Translations under genes and position numbers: made by a program
Part shown: positions 51,212-52,385 of the stretch, piece by piece
How the letters are laid out: every line of letters begins with the position of its first letter
Numbering within the stretch: the first letter of the stretch is position 1
Assembly (NCBI GenBank): GCA_000442015.1
Contig: KE560603.1
Location: forward strand, 1 to 52,385
Length of the DNA: 52,385 nt
DNA from: Rozella allomycis CSF55
Lineage: Eukaryota
Direction of reading: 5' to 3'
The notes under the pieces: model-generated
Databases searched by the model: none
What the model was told of the DNA's origin: nothing
Seen by the model: only the letters and a program-made list of their open reading frames with translations

Positions 51212-51808
51212 ATGACTAATCCTCCTTTCCCAACAGAGTTTTACGAAATCATAAAAACCAAATGGCCTGAAGACGGCGAACATATTTTGGCAAGTTACGA
51301 TGGCGATGGAATCTGGGTTTATCAAGCTTACTGTGACAAAATAGCTGATTACGCTCTACAAAATCAAAAATTTTCTGGATGCGATGATTTTAAGTTATCC
51401 CGCATGTCTTGGATAAAGACAAATTTTCTTTGGATGCAATACAGATCTGGATGGTGCACAAAGCCGAACCAAGAGAGATGCTTAGCTATAAAGTTAAAAA
51501 GGAGTTTCTTTGATCACATAATTACAAACGCTGTAAGTTCTAGAGCTTTAAATCCGCAGAGAGAAGGGAAGAAGGATGAAATCGTGCGCCTTCAATGGGA
51601 TCCAGACCATGATCCAGAAGGGTCTCCGTTAACAAGAAAAGCTATACAGCTCGGACTCAGAGGAAACTGTTTAAAAGAATACGCTGAAGGGGGGTACATT
51701 ATCGAAATCTTTGACATGACCCCGTTTGTCAAATCACAAAGACAATACGCGATTGCCAAAGAATATAGATCTCTGAGAGTACCAGCAGAGAAAGTCATAA
51801 TAAGATGA
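51212..51808 (+). CDS. DUF4291 family protein
   Basis: VYQAY, RMSWIKTNFLWMQYRSGW, QERCLAI, VRLQWDPDHD and RKAIQLGLRG. Intronless. Confidence 0.85.
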   Translation: MTNPPFPTEFYEIIKTKWPEDGEHILASYDGDGIWVYQAYCDKIADYALQNQKFSGCDDFKLSRMSWIKTNFLWMQYRSGWCTKPNQERCLAIKLKRSFFDHIITNAVSSRALNPQREGKKDEIVRLQWDPDHDPEGSPLTRKAIQLGLRGNCLKEYAEGGYIIEIFDMTPFVKSQRQYAIAKEYRSLRVPAEKVIIR

Positions 51809-52347
51809 TTAAGATATTGAGTAACTACAAAGATGAATAAATATTGAACAAATGTACCCGCCTTTTCATATCTCTTCAGCAGTGAGTTATGACTTATGAG
51901 GACAGTCATCTGTAAACAATTTTCTTGTTCGGTGTAAAAATAGAGTCCTTAATGAGAACAATAAACATGAGTAAAAAAGTCCTCATCGGCTTAAACAGCA
52001 AAAGTCATCAAACATAACTTCAAACTATAATTCAAAGTCGTTGTTCACTCCGACATAGACATTTATGCCTCCGATAAAAGTTTGAAATTTCTAATGCTTT
52101 CGAGGAAAAATAGATGCTGTTGATAATATTTCACAAAAAGAGAAACATATCTTTCATGTGCACTAAATGTCTAAATGATGCTGTCCGCATATTGTCACAA
52201 AAGAGATTCATTGGCCTATGCAAAGGTTTCCTTATATAACTTAAATCTTAATCCTCGTGTCATAAGCTTAATGCAATGTACAACCCGTGATCGTTATTGC
52301 CCTTCATATTTCCAATCATAGTTACGAATCCCAAATGTTAACTTCGA

Positions 52348-52385
52348 CTAGCGGTTGTACTCGCTTCGCTCGCATTAAAAAACTG
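52348..52385 (-). mobile_element. Possible Helitron 3' terminus (element continues beyond the window)
   Basis: The minus strand reads GCGAGCGAAGCGAGTACAACCG-CTAG|T: a GC-rich GCGAAGC mini-hairpin 11 nt upstream of CTAG followed by T. Confidence 0.4.

Overview
AT-rich, very gene-dense eukaryotic DNA. It holds about 27 protein-coding genes, a tRNA-Pro and a U3 snoRNA, with intergenic gaps often only 20-170 bp and many ultrashort 26-31 nt GT-AG introns. Axonemal genes (DNAH2-type dynein, CCDC151, EFCAB6-like), fungal-type genes (PH-CRIB PAK/Cla4, Pho80-like cyclins, Oca6, 7TM-RGS) and mitochondrial genes (uS7m, Agc1, TspO) point to a zoosporic, early-diverging fungus or relative. A Rozella-like cryptomycete is my inference and was not verified. 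The main finding is in the dynein gene: 8 of its 18 introns are not single introns but exact head-to-tail stacks of two or three ~29-nt GT...AG units joined at AG|GTAA with no exon between. This suggests recursive, length-ruled splicing of tiny introns around zero-length exons, possibly arising by tandem duplication at AG|GT sites. Other leads: a microsatellite frameshift that one 29-nt intron would repair, RFX X-box/FOX/E2F-like motifs at ciliary genes, a SMIM30-like micropeptide, and a possible Helitron 3' end at the window edge. All exon/intron structures were worked out by hand without transcript data.
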